From assembly GCA_963665325.3 (NCBI GenBank), contig CAXXWS020000002.1, positions 128,001-192,000 on the forward strand: a DNA stretch of 64,000 bases, given 5' to 3'. Origin of the DNA: Alphaproteobacteria bacterium. GTDB taxonomy: Bacteria; Pseudomonadota; Alphaproteobacteria; Bin95. Positions 39,986-49,751 of this stretch are shown here, piece after piece. The notes beneath the pieces are model-generated. The model saw nothing but the letters and a program-made list of their open reading frames with translations, ran no database searches and was not told where the DNA came from. How positions within the stretch are numbered: the stretch's first letter is position 1; every line of letters starts with the position of its first letter. Made by a program: the position numbers and the translations under genes.

Positions 39986-40088
39986 CCTTGTAAATATGGC
40001 ACAAGATACCAGAATTACAAGGATATTCAGGGTTCATATTTTGGATGTCCTCGTAAATATGGCATTGTGTGCCGGAATTGCAGGGATG
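39984..40088. promoter_or_regulatory. Two tandem gapped palindromes upstream of the AAA gene (probable operator)
   Basis: atccttgtaa-N21-ttacaaggat (39984-40024) and a degenerate second copy tcctcgtaaatatggca...ttgcagggat (40048-40087). Confidence 0.5.
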
Positions 40089-40167
40089 ATGCCAGGAAAA
40101 GGCCATCGATTCCTCGGAATCCGGTAACACCGCGCAGACTGCTATATCGACGGGAACTTCGGGCTCC

Positions 40168-40196
40168 CCGGTTTTGACAAGCCGGGGGCAAGTGCG
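40168..40196 (+). repeat. 29-bp direct repeat, right copy (contains TTGACA)
   Basis: Identical to 38791-38819; directly upstream of the hydrolase start. Confidence 0.9.
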
Positions 40197-40200
40197 TTTC

Positions 40201-41007
40201 ATGGCTGGCATGACCATGCTTCAGAGAAACGGTTACGCGCTCCATATGGAAACGGTGGACCTCGTGCCGCCCTGGAACGCACCCGGCGAGGCCGTGCTGT
40301 TCTGCCACGGCGTCGCGGTGGATTGCGACATCTGGTCCGGATGGCTGCCGGGCCTGATCGACCGGTTCCGAATCGCGCGCTTCGACCTTTGCGGCTTTGG
40401 GCGCTCGACCCTGCCGGGAGCCGGCCACCGCTGGTCATTCGACGGGCTTGCGGACGACATCATGGCGGTTGCAGACGCGGCCGGTTTCGAGCGCTTCCAC
40501 CTGGTCGGCGAGTCGCTCGGCGGCACGACCTGCCTGTTCACGGCCGCCAGGGAGCCGGAGCGGATTGCGAGTGTGTGCGCCTGCTCCACCGGCCATTACG
40601 GGCCGGCGATCCGGAATGTGGCCGTCTGGCGCGCGGCGGTTGAGGCGGGCGGCATGGAGCGCTGGTCGGAGGAGATGGTCGAACGCCGTTTCGCGGACGG
40701 CAGGGTCGGCACTGCCGAACGGCGATGGACCCATGAGGTCCAGAGCCGCACCGCTGCCTCGTCGCTGCTGGATGCCGCCGACCTGCTGATGGGTGCGGAG
40801 CTGTCCGACACCTTCCGGCGTATCGCCTGCCCGGTGCTGCTGCTACATCCCGACTCGAGCCCGTTCCTGCCGATGACTGTCGCTGCCGACCTGCTGGACG
40901 TGCTGCCGGATGCGCGCCTGCAGGTGTTCCCCGGCGCCCGCCACGGCATTGCGCTCAGCCATGCGGCGGAGGGCGCACAGGCGTTTCGGGAATTCGCCGT
41001 CGCCTGA
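40201..41007 (+). CDS. Alpha/beta fold hydrolase
   Basis: FCHG, FDLCGFGRS, nucleophile GESLGG, GARHG. Confidence 0.88.
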   Translation: MAGMTMLQRNGYALHMETVDLVPPWNAPGEAVLFCHGVAVDCDIWSGWLPGLIDRFRIARFDLCGFGRSTLPGAGHRWSFDGLADDIMAVADAAGFERFHLVGESLGGTTCLFTAAREPERIASVCACSTGHYGPAIRNVAVWRAAVEAGGMERWSEEMVERRFADGRVGTAERRWTHEVQSRTAASSLLDAADLLMGAELSDTFRRIACPVLLLHPDSSPFLPMTVAADLLDVLPDARLQVFPGARHGIALSHAAEGAQAFREFAVA

Positions 41008-41159
41008 GCCACCGCTCCGCCCAATGGCCTGCCGCGACCGGGGGCAATCCGGTGTCGCCGGGCCGTGTGGACCTATTGACTCCCGACGGTACATTCTTGC
41101 TCCGTCGTTGACAGAAGGGCGCAGCGCGTCGGACCGCGGCACCTCGCGCGGGACGCCCA

Positions 41160-42056
41160 TCATGGGTGGGAGCGGCGGTACTTGCCGGGCGTCGTGCCGA
41201 CGAACCGCTTGAACCACTGAGTGAAGTACGCCTGGGACGAGAACCCGCATTGAGCGGCGATTTCGATGATCGGGAGTTCACCTTCCGCGAGCATCGCCTC
41301 GGCGCGTTCCATGCGGCGGTCGGTTATGTAGCGGTGCGGCGCTGTACCGGTCGCCGCCCGGAAGGCGCGGGCGAAGTGGAACGGGCTGAGGCAGGCCTCG
41401 CTCGCCAGCCGCTCCACCGTCAGGTCGTCGGAGAGATAGGCCTCGATGAATTCGGTCACCCTTCGAAGACGTCGGGGATCGAGCGCGCCGCGCGGCCGCG
41501 GCAGCGGGACCGAGGCGGGGTTCAGATTGGAACGGTGTCTGAGAATGTGAACGCCGAGTGCGGCCGCGAGTGTCTCGACCGCCATTTTCCCCGCCGGCGT
41601 CGGATCGAGCATCTCGGCACGGATCGTCCGCGCGATTTGCTCGATGAGGGGGTCGCGGAAACCGCCCACGTAATGCAGCGCGACCCGGCCGGGATCGACG
41701 TCGAGTTCCCGGAGCGCCGCCGCCGAAAGCGGTGCGGCGGGAAGAAAGAGGTGGAGGCTCTCGCGAACCTCGCCGTAGAGCCGGATCATGTCCTCGCGGA
41801 CGCCGTCGGGGCAGAGCCAGACAGTGCCCGGCACCGCGTGGCACTGCTCCAGCTTTCCGTCGCCGCGCCGCCGGATCGGCAGGGTGCCGTCGATCATGAC
41901 GATGACCTCGGTGTCGCGGACCTCGACCTCGCCGAGATCGCCCTCGGAATTGTGCCAGCGCTCGGCCTGCAGCCCGTTCCAGTCGAGCCCTTCGCTGGTC
42001 CCGAGCAAGGTGCCGGTGGTATATTTGTCGATCGCGTGTCCGCCCCATCTGGCCAT
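41160..42056 (-). CDS. AraC family transcriptional regulator
   Basis: LSPFHFARAFRAATG, IAAQCGFSSQAYFT..FKRFVGTTPGKYR. Confidence 0.92.
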   Translation of the reverse strand: MARWGGHAIDKYTTGTLLGTSEGLDWNGLQAERWHNSEGDLGEVEVRDTEVIVMIDGTLPIRRRGDGKLEQCHAVPGTVWLCPDGVREDMIRLYGEVRESLHLFLPAAPLSAAALRELDVDPGRVALHYVGGFRDPLIEQIARTIRAEMLDPTPAGKMAVETLAAALGVHILRHRSNLNPASVPLPRPRGALDPRRLRRVTEFIEAYLSDDLTVERLASEACLSPFHFARAFRAATGTAPHRYITDRRMERAEAMLAEGELPIIEIAAQCGFSSQAYFTQWFKRFVGTTPGKYRRSHP

Positions 42057-42856
42057 GCCGCTCCTCCAACGCAACGGATCCGCGGAACGCCGCCGCAAAG
42101 CTCCTGCCGCCCGGGGTCTCCGATGCCTGTGCCTGAATCGAGAACGACAAATCACGGGGAAATGAAAATGCTTTCGCGGCAATCTTCATGCCGGGACGGC
42201 ATACGGGCGGTCTCCCACGAGCTTCTTCCGTGAACCTCTTCAGGTCCTCCCGATCAGGATTCCCCTCCGGATTGAGATCGATTGTCCACGCGAGCGGCCG
42301 GCGCCTGGCGGCCCCACCCACCGGATGGCGCTGGCGATGTCCTTGCGGCGTCTTGTTCGATGGGTTGCGGCACGAACGCATTCCCCTGCACACCGCGACC
42401 TACGTCCGCCGACCGAGACGGAGACGGCAAGAAGCGGAAGAGTTTCCTGCAAATCGGAGAGGGCCCGCAGGACTGGGAGCGCCAGCATCGAAGCGGACAG
42501 TTAATCGATCGTCTCATCCGCAGACGTTTATTCATTAAAGGAAGAATAATTTGTATGGAACCGCTGCAATATTAAACTCTTGAGCGGCGCGGAGACTGTT
42601 TGCAGGGCAGTTATCGTATTTCCTTTTTGATTACCTGCTATGAGCCTCTTTATCGGGCCCCGGATAGTGCCGGTCTTCGGAAGCCCGGTCGCCTCGAATA
42701 GTTCTTATTGCGCCAAGTATCGTTTCAGGCCGCGATAGCAGGAAATCCCAATTTTTCGACAGTTCCTCAAAATACCGGATAGCGCCGCACGCTCTAAGAA
42801 AGTTTCCGTCGATCCCAGCGACACAGCTGCGTCGCAGGAAACACGGGGGATAGAGC

Positions 42857-44698
42857 ATGTTGCGCGATAACTCACTCCGCACGCATTTCGGGCGATCATT
42901 GCAAGCGCGAGGCTTGGCGGGACGTTCCGGCCGTCAAGGCGCGGCTGGAGAGCGGCTGCGAGTGAGGGCCCTGGCGCTGGCCGTGCTGGCGGTCTGGAGC
43001 GGAGCCGCCGAGGCTGCCGACCTCCGGATCCTCTCTGCGGGCGACGTCGAGCGCTACCGGCGCCTCTTTGTGCTGGAGGCGGAGAACCGCTGGGAGGAAG
43101 CCGACGCGCTCGCGCGCGAACTCGACGACCCCCGGCTGATGGGCCATGTGCTTTACCAGCGCTACGTCGTCTCGCACGACTATGTCACGCCCTATGAGGA
43201 ACTGCGGGCCTGGCTCGAAGCCTATGGCGACCATCCGGGAGCGCATCGGGTGTCTCGCCTGGCGCTCAAACGCTGCCCGCCCGGCATGTTGCCGCCGCCG
43301 CCCGAGAAGCACCCGCCGGTGCGCCGGCCCACGCCGTTGTTCGTCGCCAAGCCCCTGCAGAGACCGCCGACAGCGGTCGGCACGATCTATGCCGGGATCA
43401 TCGAGCAACATCTGAAGGAGGAACGGCCCGATCTCGCGAACAGCCTGTTCCGCGACGCCGCCGTCCACCGGGCGCTGGGCCGGGACTATGCCGACAAGCT
43501 GCGCGGCGACATCGCCTTTTCCTATTACCTCCTGGGCAAGGATGCGGAAGCGTACAGCCTTGCCTCGCGACGTGCAGAGTCCGCGCAGAACCGGGTTTCG
43601 CTGCTCCACTGGGTGGCGGGGCTGGCGGCGCTCAGGCTTGGCAGGCATGCCGGCGCGGCACGGCATTTCGCGGCCCACGCGCAATCGCCGGCTGCCTCAC
43701 CGTGGAATGCCTCGGCCGGCGCGTTCTGGGCGGCGAGGATGTACCGGCAAATGGAGCGGCCAAACGAGGCCGAGCAATGGCTGCGGAAGGCGGCGGTCCA
43801 CAAGCGGACCTTTTACGGCATGCTCGCCCGGGAAATGCTCGGCCTGCCGCACGGGCTGAATTTCGAGCCGCCGCCGCCGGACGAGGGCGACCGATTGCGA
43901 ATCCAAGCGGAACCGGCGGCGGTTCGCTCGCTTGCGCTTGCGCAGGTCGGGCGGACGGTAGAGGCCGAGGCCGAGATGCGCCGCGCGCTGGCCGATGCCG
44001 ATGCGGACACGACGCGCACCCTGCTGGCCGCGTCCATAGCCGCCCGCCTGCCGCGCGCTGCGCTGTTGGCCGGGCGCCGCCTGCTGGGCCGGGGCGACAC
44101 GCCCCGCGACCTCGCGCTCTATCCGCTGGCGCCCTGGGAACCGGAAGGCGGCTACGGGCTGGACCGGGCGCTGCTGCTTGGCTTCATGCGCCGCGAGAGC
44201 GCCTTCGACACACGCGCCGCGAGCCGGGCCGGGGCGCTCGGGCTGATGCAGCTCATGCCCTCGACCGCCAGTTCGGTGTCACGGAACGAACGGTTCGTCG
44301 GCAAGACGCTCAAGCGCCTGCACGAGCCGGAGCTCAATCTGACCCTCGGCCGCGACTATCTTCGTTTGCTGCTGGAGAAGGATGTCGTCGCCGGCGACCT
44401 TCTCAATCTTGCCATCGCCTACAATGCCGGGGCCGGCCGGCTGCGGCGTTGGAGTTCGACGGTAAGCCACATGGACGACCGGCTCCTGTTCATCGAAAGC
44501 CTGCCCGCGAAGGAGACCCGGATATTCGTCGAGCATGTGCTCACGAATATCTGGGCTTACCGCGCGCGCCTCGGCCAGAAGCGGCCGAGCCTGGCTGCGC
44601 TGGCGGCGGGGCAGACGCCGCTCTATAAGTCGCTCGACACCCGGAAGTCGCTCGACACCCGGCAGGCGAACGCCGACCGCAACCCGCCCAACGCATGA
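42857..44698 (+). CDS. Soluble lytic transglycosylase (start may be downstream)
   Basis: RRESAF, GALGLMQLMP, AYNAGAG, FIESLPAKETR; helical N-terminal region. Confidence 0.9.
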   Translation: MLRDNSLRTHFGRSLQARGLAGRSGRQGAAGERLRVRALALAVLAVWSGAAEAADLRILSAGDVERYRRLFVLEAENRWEEADALARELDDPRLMGHVLYQRYVVSHDYVTPYEELRAWLEAYGDHPGAHRVSRLALKRCPPGMLPPPPEKHPPVRRPTPLFVAKPLQRPPTAVGTIYAGIIEQHLKEERPDLANSLFRDAAVHRALGRDYADKLRGDIAFSYYLLGKDAEAYSLASRRAESAQNRVSLLHWVAGLAALRLGRHAGAARHFAAHAQSPAASPWNASAGAFWAARMYRQMERPNEAEQWLRKAAVHKRTFYGMLAREMLGLPHGLNFEPPPPDEGDRLRIQAEPAAVRSLALAQVGRTVEAEAEMRRALADADADTTRTLLAASIAARLPRAALLAGRRLLGRGDTPRDLALYPLAPWEPEGGYGLDRALLLGFMRRESAFDTRAASRAGALGLMQLMPSTASSVSRNERFVGKTLKRLHEPELNLTLGRDYLRLLLEKDVVAGDLLNLAIAYNAGAGRLRRWSSTVSHMDDRLLFIESLPAKETRIFVEHVLTNIWAYRARLGQKRPSLAALAAGQTPLYKSLDTRKSLDTRQANADRNPPNA

Positions 44699-44821
44699 TC
44701 ACGCCGTTTGCACCGGGAGCGCTCCCGTAATGCCCGGCAGCATCGACGAAAGCCGCCCTTTCATTCCCGTGGGGGTTGAAAAATCGACAGTGCGAACGCG
44801 CAAGACCTCGGGTCCGCGAGA

Positions 44822-44950
44822 CTAGGGTCATGGTCTGCGCGGCTTCGCGGACCTCAACCGTGTGCTCTGCCACGCATTCCGGCCCACTTCTTGCGGATCG
44901 AACGACTGGACAGCGACGCAGGCCGTGACCCTAGTGAGAAGTGCGGCTAG
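44822..44950. mobile_element. Internally deleted second copy of the 18438-18781 MITE
   Basis: agggtcatggtctgcgcggc left part joined to cctcaaccgt...cgacgcaggccgtgaccctagtgagaagtgcggctag, colinear with 18680-18781. Confidence 0.75.
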
Positions 44951-45034
44951 GGGCGGACGGGCTATTGACCGTCTGCCCGGCGCCACGGGGGCCGCATCCC
45001 AACCGGGTCCCGGAAATTGAACAGGTTAGCTCAT

Positions 45035-45658
45035 TCAGGCTCCGAGGCCGCCGGCGGAGCTGATGAAGTCGACCACGTCGGAGAGGCCTTCGCCGGTCTT
45101 GAGGTTGGTGAACACCCAAGGGCGGCCGCCACGCATGCGTTCAGTGTCGCTGCGCATGACATCGAGGTTCGCGCCGACGAGTGGGGCGAGGTCGATCTTG
45201 TTGATGACCAGAAGGTCGGAGCGAGTGATCCCCGGCCCACCCTTGCGCGGGATCTTTTCCCCGGCCGCTACGTCGATCACATAGATCGTAAGGTCGGCAA
45301 GTTCCGGGCTGAAGGTGGCTGCGAGATTATCGCCGCCCGACTCGATCAGGCAGAGTTCGGCCGAGGGGAAGCGGCTGCACATATCCGCTATCGCCGAGAG
45401 ATTGATCGAGGCGTCTTCGCGGATGGCGGTGTGCGGGCAACCGCCCGTCTCCACGCCCTCGATCCGCTCCGCCGGCAGGGCGCCCGCTTCCGTCAGGATG
45501 CGCTGGTCTTCCTTGGTGTAGATGTCGTTGGTAATGACGAACAGGTCGTGGCGGTCGCGCATGCTCTTGCAGAGCGCTTCGGCCAGCGCCGTCTTGCCGG
45601 AGCCGACCGGCCCGCCGATGCCGACGCGCAGCGGTCCGTGAGGTGAGGGAAGGGTCAT
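45035..45658 (-). CDS. ureG: Urease accessory GTPase
   Basis: [31 protein letters not shown]. Confidence 0.97.
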   Translation of the reverse strand: MTLPSPHGPLRVGIGGPVGSGKTALAEALCKSMRDRHDLFVITNDIYTKEDQRILTEAGALPAERIEGVETGGCPHTAIREDASINLSAIADMCSRFPSAELCLIESGGDNLAATFSPELADLTIYVIDVAAGEKIPRKGGPGITRSDLLVINKIDLAPLVGANLDVMRSDTERMRGGRPWVFTNLKTGEGLSDVVDFISSAGGLGA

Positions 45659-46332
45659 GATCTGAAGATCCTCGAATACTGGGTTTCGTGGCGCATGGAG
45701 AAGATTTCCGCCGCGGGAGCCGCCGTGCCCGCCTCTTCCGGGGGCGTTGCGGCTGCCATGGTGGCAGTATCGAGAATCGCGGGCTCAAGCTCGGCCGCGA
45801 TCCTCTGCCCGTCGGTCTGGCCGAGCGGCACGAGCCGGACGCCGGCCGAGACGATCATGGCGGCGAACGCGTGCAGGTAGCAGGCCAGCGCCGGCTCGAG
45901 CGCAACGCCATGCGCGGATGCAGCGAAACCGGCAGCGACCGAAAGCGGCGGGCGGTCTTCCAGAAGGCCAGCGAGCATGTGGATGGCGGGGTGCGGCCAG
46001 GCGGCGCCAAGCGTCTTCAGAAACGCCTCGCCCTGCCGTTCGGACTCCAGCGCGAACTCCGCGGTTCCTGTCCAGGCGCGGGCCTCGTCCGCAAGCGCCG
46101 CCGCCGCAACGGCGTCCGGCGCGGCCCTGTGGGCGGCGGCGAAGAAGACGCCATCCAGCTGTCCTGCGCCGTGCAGCAGGAGCCATTTCGTCCAGTCGGC
46201 TAGGCTCTCCCGGTCGCGGACCGTCCCCGCTTCAACGGCGTATTCCAGACCGTGGCTGTAGGCAAAGCCGCCGATCGGAAAGGCGGGCGAAAACCACGCC
46301 TGGAGCCGCAGGAGGTCGCCGCCGCCGGTCAT
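45655..46332 (-). CDS. ureF: Urease accessory protein
   Basis: [38 protein letters not shown]. Confidence 0.95.
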   Translation of the reverse strand: MTGGGDLLRLQAWFSPAFPIGGFAYSHGLEYAVEAGTVRDRESLADWTKWLLLHGAGQLDGVFFAAAHRAAPDAVAAAALADEARAWTGTAEFALESERQGEAFLKTLGAAWPHPAIHMLAGLLEDRPPLSVAAGFAASAHGVALEPALACYLHAFAAMIVSAGVRLVPLGQTDGQRIAAELEPAILDTATMAAATPPEEAGTAAPAAEIFSMRHETQYSRIFRS

Positions 46333-46835
46333 GGGTGCTTGTGTCCGTGGTCGTGCTCATGGCTGTGCCCGTGTCCATGGCTGTGGCCGTGGTCATGGCC
46401 TTGACCGGAATAGGCACCACCCTCGGGCTGGAAGGGCGCAACCGTTTCGGTGACGGAGCCTCCAAGGCTGCGCAGCATATCCGCCAGAACGTGGTCCGGG
46501 CGGATCAGGATCGCATCGGCACGGATCTCCGCCGGTGTGTGCCGGTTGCCGAGATGCCAGGCCAGACGCGCCGCCAGTTCCGGCGTCGCCGCCGTAATCC
46601 GGAGTATCGGCTCCGGCCTGGCGGCAACTTCCACCCAGGTCCCGTCAGTGCAGCGCAAGCCGTCGCCTTCCGCCATGGCCACGGCCTTGGGCAAGTCGAG
46701 CAGGATCGCCTCGCCGGCTGTGGTTTCCAGCTTGACGCGGCGCCGGTGCCGGTCGTCGAAGGCCAGGCTCACACGACCGGCCGCGTCCTCGTGCGGCCAA
46801 TGCCCCGCAGGGCGATGTTCGATAGCGCTACGCAT
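46329..46835 (-). CDS. ureE: Urease nickel metallochaperone
   Basis: AWHLGNRH, DHVL, PFQPEGGAY, His-rich tail. Confidence 0.95.
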   Translation of the reverse strand: MRSAIEHRPAGHWPHEDAAGRVSLAFDDRHRRRVKLETTAGEAILLDLPKAVAMAEGDGLRCTDGTWVEVAARPEPILRITAATPELAARLAWHLGNRHTPAEIRADAILIRPDHVLADMLRSLGGSVTETVAPFQPEGGAYSGQGHDHGHSHGHGHSHEHDHGHKHP

Positions 46836-46839
46836 CGGC

Positions 46840-47649
46840 CTAGAACAGGAAGTAGCGCTGCGCCATGGACAGCACCTCTGCCGGCTCGCAGGTAAGCAAC
46901 ACTCCGTCGGCCCGCACCTCGTAGGTTTCAGGGTCGATCTCGACATCGGGCATGAGTTCGTTCAGGACCATGTCTCCCTTTCCGATGGTTCGCGTGCGGC
47001 GAACGGCTTCCAGCCGCCGGCCGGTATCGAAGCCGGCGTCGAGGCCTGCCTCGCTGACGAAGGTAACGGACGTTGCTTGTCGCGCCCGCCCGAAGCTCGC
47101 AAACATCGGCCGGAAATGCTCGGGCTGCGGTGTCGGGATGGAGGCGTTGGGGTCTCCCATGACCGCCGCCGCTATCATGCCACCCTTCAGCACCAGGTCG
47201 GGTTTCACGCCGAAGAACGCTGGCGACCAGACGACAAGGTCTGCAAGCTTTCCGGCCTCGACCGACCCGATATGGTCCGCCATGCCGTGCGCGATGGCGG
47301 GATTGATCGTGTATTTGGCGATGTAGCGCCGGGCGCGCAGATTGTCGTTTTCGCCGCGCTCGCCCGCCAGCCGCCCGAATTGCCGCTTCATCTTGTCGGC
47401 GGTTTGCCAGGTCCGGATCGCCACTTCGCCCACCCGGCCCATCGCCTGGCTGTCCGAGGCGATGATCGAGAATGCCCCCATGTCGTGCAGGAGGTCTTCG
47501 GCGGCGATGGTCTCCTTGCGGATACGGCTCTCGGCAAACGCCACGTCCTCGGCGATGCGCGGATCCAGATGGTGGCAGACCATCAGCATGTCGAGATGTT
47601 CATCGACGGTGTTGACCGTGTAAGGGCGTGTCGGGTTGGTCGAGGAGGG
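46840..47649 (-). pseudogene. ureC: Urease alpha subunit, 3' part (interrupted)
   Basis: [43 protein letters not shown]. Confidence 0.95.
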
Positions 47650-47733
47650 TGAGTGTGCTCTCGGTATCTGATGGCGGGATGGTCACGTTGTTCGATGGTT
47701 TTCAGGCGTCGGGCCGGGCGTGACGGCGGGGGT

Positions 47734-47820
47734 GTCGGACGGCCGTCGGCGCGTCAAGCCGCTTCGCGGCTCCTGCGCTGCGCTCCGGCCCTTCGGGTGA
47801 CCCGCCGCCGTCCCTCCGAC
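47734..47820. other. Large branched hairpin in the non-coding end of the element
   Basis: 47734-47756 pairs with 47798-47820 (19/23), enclosing gccgc-ttc-gcggc and ccc-ttc-ggg mini-hairpins. Confidence 0.6.
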
Positions 47821-47895
47821 GGAGTGCATCCATGGCCGTAAGCAAGCTTCCGGCCACGGGCCGGCCGCTTTACGCAGTGTGACAATGGGAGCGGT

Positions 47896-47957
47896 GTTAC
47901 CCGTTACCGTTACCCTCTCTCCCTAGGGGTTCGAGGCGGTAACGGTTTTCGGTAACG
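47896..47957. repeat. Iteron-like GTTAC/GTAAC repeat cluster
   Basis: Three GTTAC (47896, 47903, 47909) and two GGTAACG (47938, 47951) around the palindrome ccctaggg at the helicase stop. Confidence 0.65.
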
Positions 47958-48921
47958 TGTCCCTGCGGTCGTTGCCGTTGAGGGCGGCGAGGCGGTATCC
48001 GCCTTCGGATGCGCGCTCGACGCGTCCTTCGCGGACGAGCCTGTGCAGCGCCTCGGCGACGGTTGCGGGCCGGGTTGCCGCGCGCTCGCGGATCCGGCGC
48101 TGGGAGAGCGGCGCGTCGGCGTCGGCGAGGGCCTGCAGGATGCGCCGTTCGGGGGTATCCGGCTCCGGCGCCTGGTCTTCCGGCGTCTCGCGCAACCGCA
48201 GGGCGGGGCGCTCGTCGTCGTCGGCGAGTTCGATCTCGAGGTCTTCGAGGCCAGGGGCGTCGCGATGCTCGACGGTCATGAGGATCTGGCGGTCTCGCCG
48301 GCGCAGGTACAGATTCGAATCGCCCCAGGCGTGAAGTTCGCTGCTGCCGCGCAGCGCCTGCCCGGGCCGGGAGCCGCCGCTCTTTCGTGCGTGATGGACG
48401 AGGAGGACGGCGGTTTCGAAGCGGCGCTGTATGTCGCGCAGGAAGCCCAGCATGGGGGCGACCTCGGCGACGGTATTTTCGTCGACGCCGTGCAGGCGCA
48501 CGAGGGGGTCGAGGACGACGAGGCGGGGTGAGACGCGCTCCACCGTCTCGACCAGGCGCTGGCGATCGGCGCGATGGTCGAGACGCAGCGTGGGCACGTC
48601 GATGACGGCGATGTCGAGGGTCTCGAACGCGGTGCCTGCCGCCTTTGCGATGCCCTGGAGGCGTGCGCGCACGATATGGCCGGCGTCCTCGGCGGCGAAC
48701 AGCAGCACGGGGCCGCTTGCGGCGGGACGGAAGTGGCGCAGGCAGGGGACGCCGGCGGCGACCGCGACGGCGATGTCGAGTGCGAGGAAGGATTTGCCGC
48801 ACTTGGGCTCGCCGCCGACGATGCCGACGCCCTGCTCGGACCACAACGCCTCGACCATCCAGCGGCGCGCCTGGGGGCGCTCTTCGAGCTCCGCCGGCGC
48901 CCGTGTCGGGAAGCCCTTCAC
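47923..48921 (-). CDS. RepA-like (AAA_25, RecA/DnaB superfamily) helicase with C-terminal winged HTH
   Basis: GGEPKCGKS, LVVLDPL, LVHHARK, LRGSSELHAWGD; C-terminal SQRRIRERAA...AEALHRLVREGRV; GTG coupled to the upstream stop. Confidence 0.8.
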   Translation of the reverse strand: MKGFPTRAPAELEERPQARRWMVEALWSEQGVGIVGGEPKCGKSFLALDIAVAVAAGVPCLRHFRPAASGPVLLFAAEDAGHIVRARLQGIAKAAGTAFETLDIAVIDVPTLRLDHRADRQRLVETVERVSPRLVVLDPLVRLHGVDENTVAEVAPMLGFLRDIQRRFETAVLLVHHARKSGGSRPGQALRGSSELHAWGDSNLYLRRRDRQILMTVEHRDAPGLEDLEIELADDDERPALRLRETPEDQAPEPDTPERRILQALADADAPLSQRRIRERAATRPATVAEALHRLVREGRVERASEGGYRLAALNGNDRRDTLPKTVTASNP

Positions 48922-49751
48922 CGCCGCGCCCTCCTCGGCTTGGCGGGTTCGCCCAGGGTCTCGATGAAGAGCTTCTCGTCGAGGACCTCGCGCTCCTTCT
49001 CGGCGGCGGCGGCGAGCAGGGCGTCGGCCATGACGGTGAGCGCCCGCGGGTTGCCGTCGGCATGGGCGACCAGGGTGTCCTTGAGGCCCGCGGTCATGAG
49101 GCCGGGATTGCCGGCCTGCTCGATCAGATGGTCGAGCAGGGCCGCGAGGTCGCCGGCCTCGGCCTTGGTCATGACCAGGCGCTGGCGGATGCGCGAGGCG
49201 ATGGGCTGCAGATCGGGCTGGCGGAGCTTGTCGAGCAGGCGCGTGTCGCCGGCGAGGACGACCGAGAGGATGGCGCGCGAGTCGAAGTCGGTCGAAGCCA
49301 GCAGGCGGATCTCGGAGAACACCGAGGGCAGCAGCTCCTGGGCCTCGTCGACGAGCACGACGGGGCGCATGCGGGTATCGTCGACATGGGCGAGCCAGCG
49401 CTCGCGCAGGCTTTTGAAGCTGGCCCAGCGGTTGTTGTACATCAGGTCGACGCCGAACATCTCGCCGATCTCGCGGTAGAAGTCGGACAGCCGGGAGGAG
49501 GGATGGGTGATGGCGGCGATGCTGAGCCCCTCGCAGCGGCCGAGACGGTCGGCGAGCAGGCGCAACGCCACACTCTTTCCGGCGCCGGGCTCGCCGGCGA
49601 TCAAGGCGAAGCCGCCCTGGCGCACCAGGTGGCGCTCGATCCTGAGGCAGAAGCTGTCGACGGCAGGCGTCGCCATGAGACTGTCGACCGGCAGGTCGGT
49701 GGCGAAGGGGTTCCACTTGAGCCCGTAGAAGGTGAGCAGTTCCCGGTTCAT
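48918..49751 (-). CDS. ExeA-like AAA ATPase (probable transposition helper)
   Basis: YGLKWNPF, GEPGAGKS, VVLVDEAQ, GNPRAL; ATGA-coupled to the transposase. Confidence 0.85.
   Translation of the reverse strand: MNRELLTFYGLKWNPFATDLPVDSLMATPAVDSFCLRIERHLVRQGGFALIAGEPGAGKSVALRLLADRLGRCEGLSIAAITHPSSRLSDFYREIGEMFGVDLMYNNRWASFKSLRERWLAHVDDTRMRPVVLVDEAQELLPSVFSEIRLLASTDFDSRAILSVVLAGDTRLLDKLRQPDLQPIASRIRQRLVMTKAEAGDLAALLDHLIEQAGNPGLMTAGLKDTLVAHADGNPRALTVMADALLAAAAEKEREVLDEKLFIETLGEPAKPRRARR

Noticed and set aside
42180-42850. Small ORFs between araC and slt
   Set aside because: No motifs or convincing RBS; probably promoter DNA or decayed sequence that I cannot assign.
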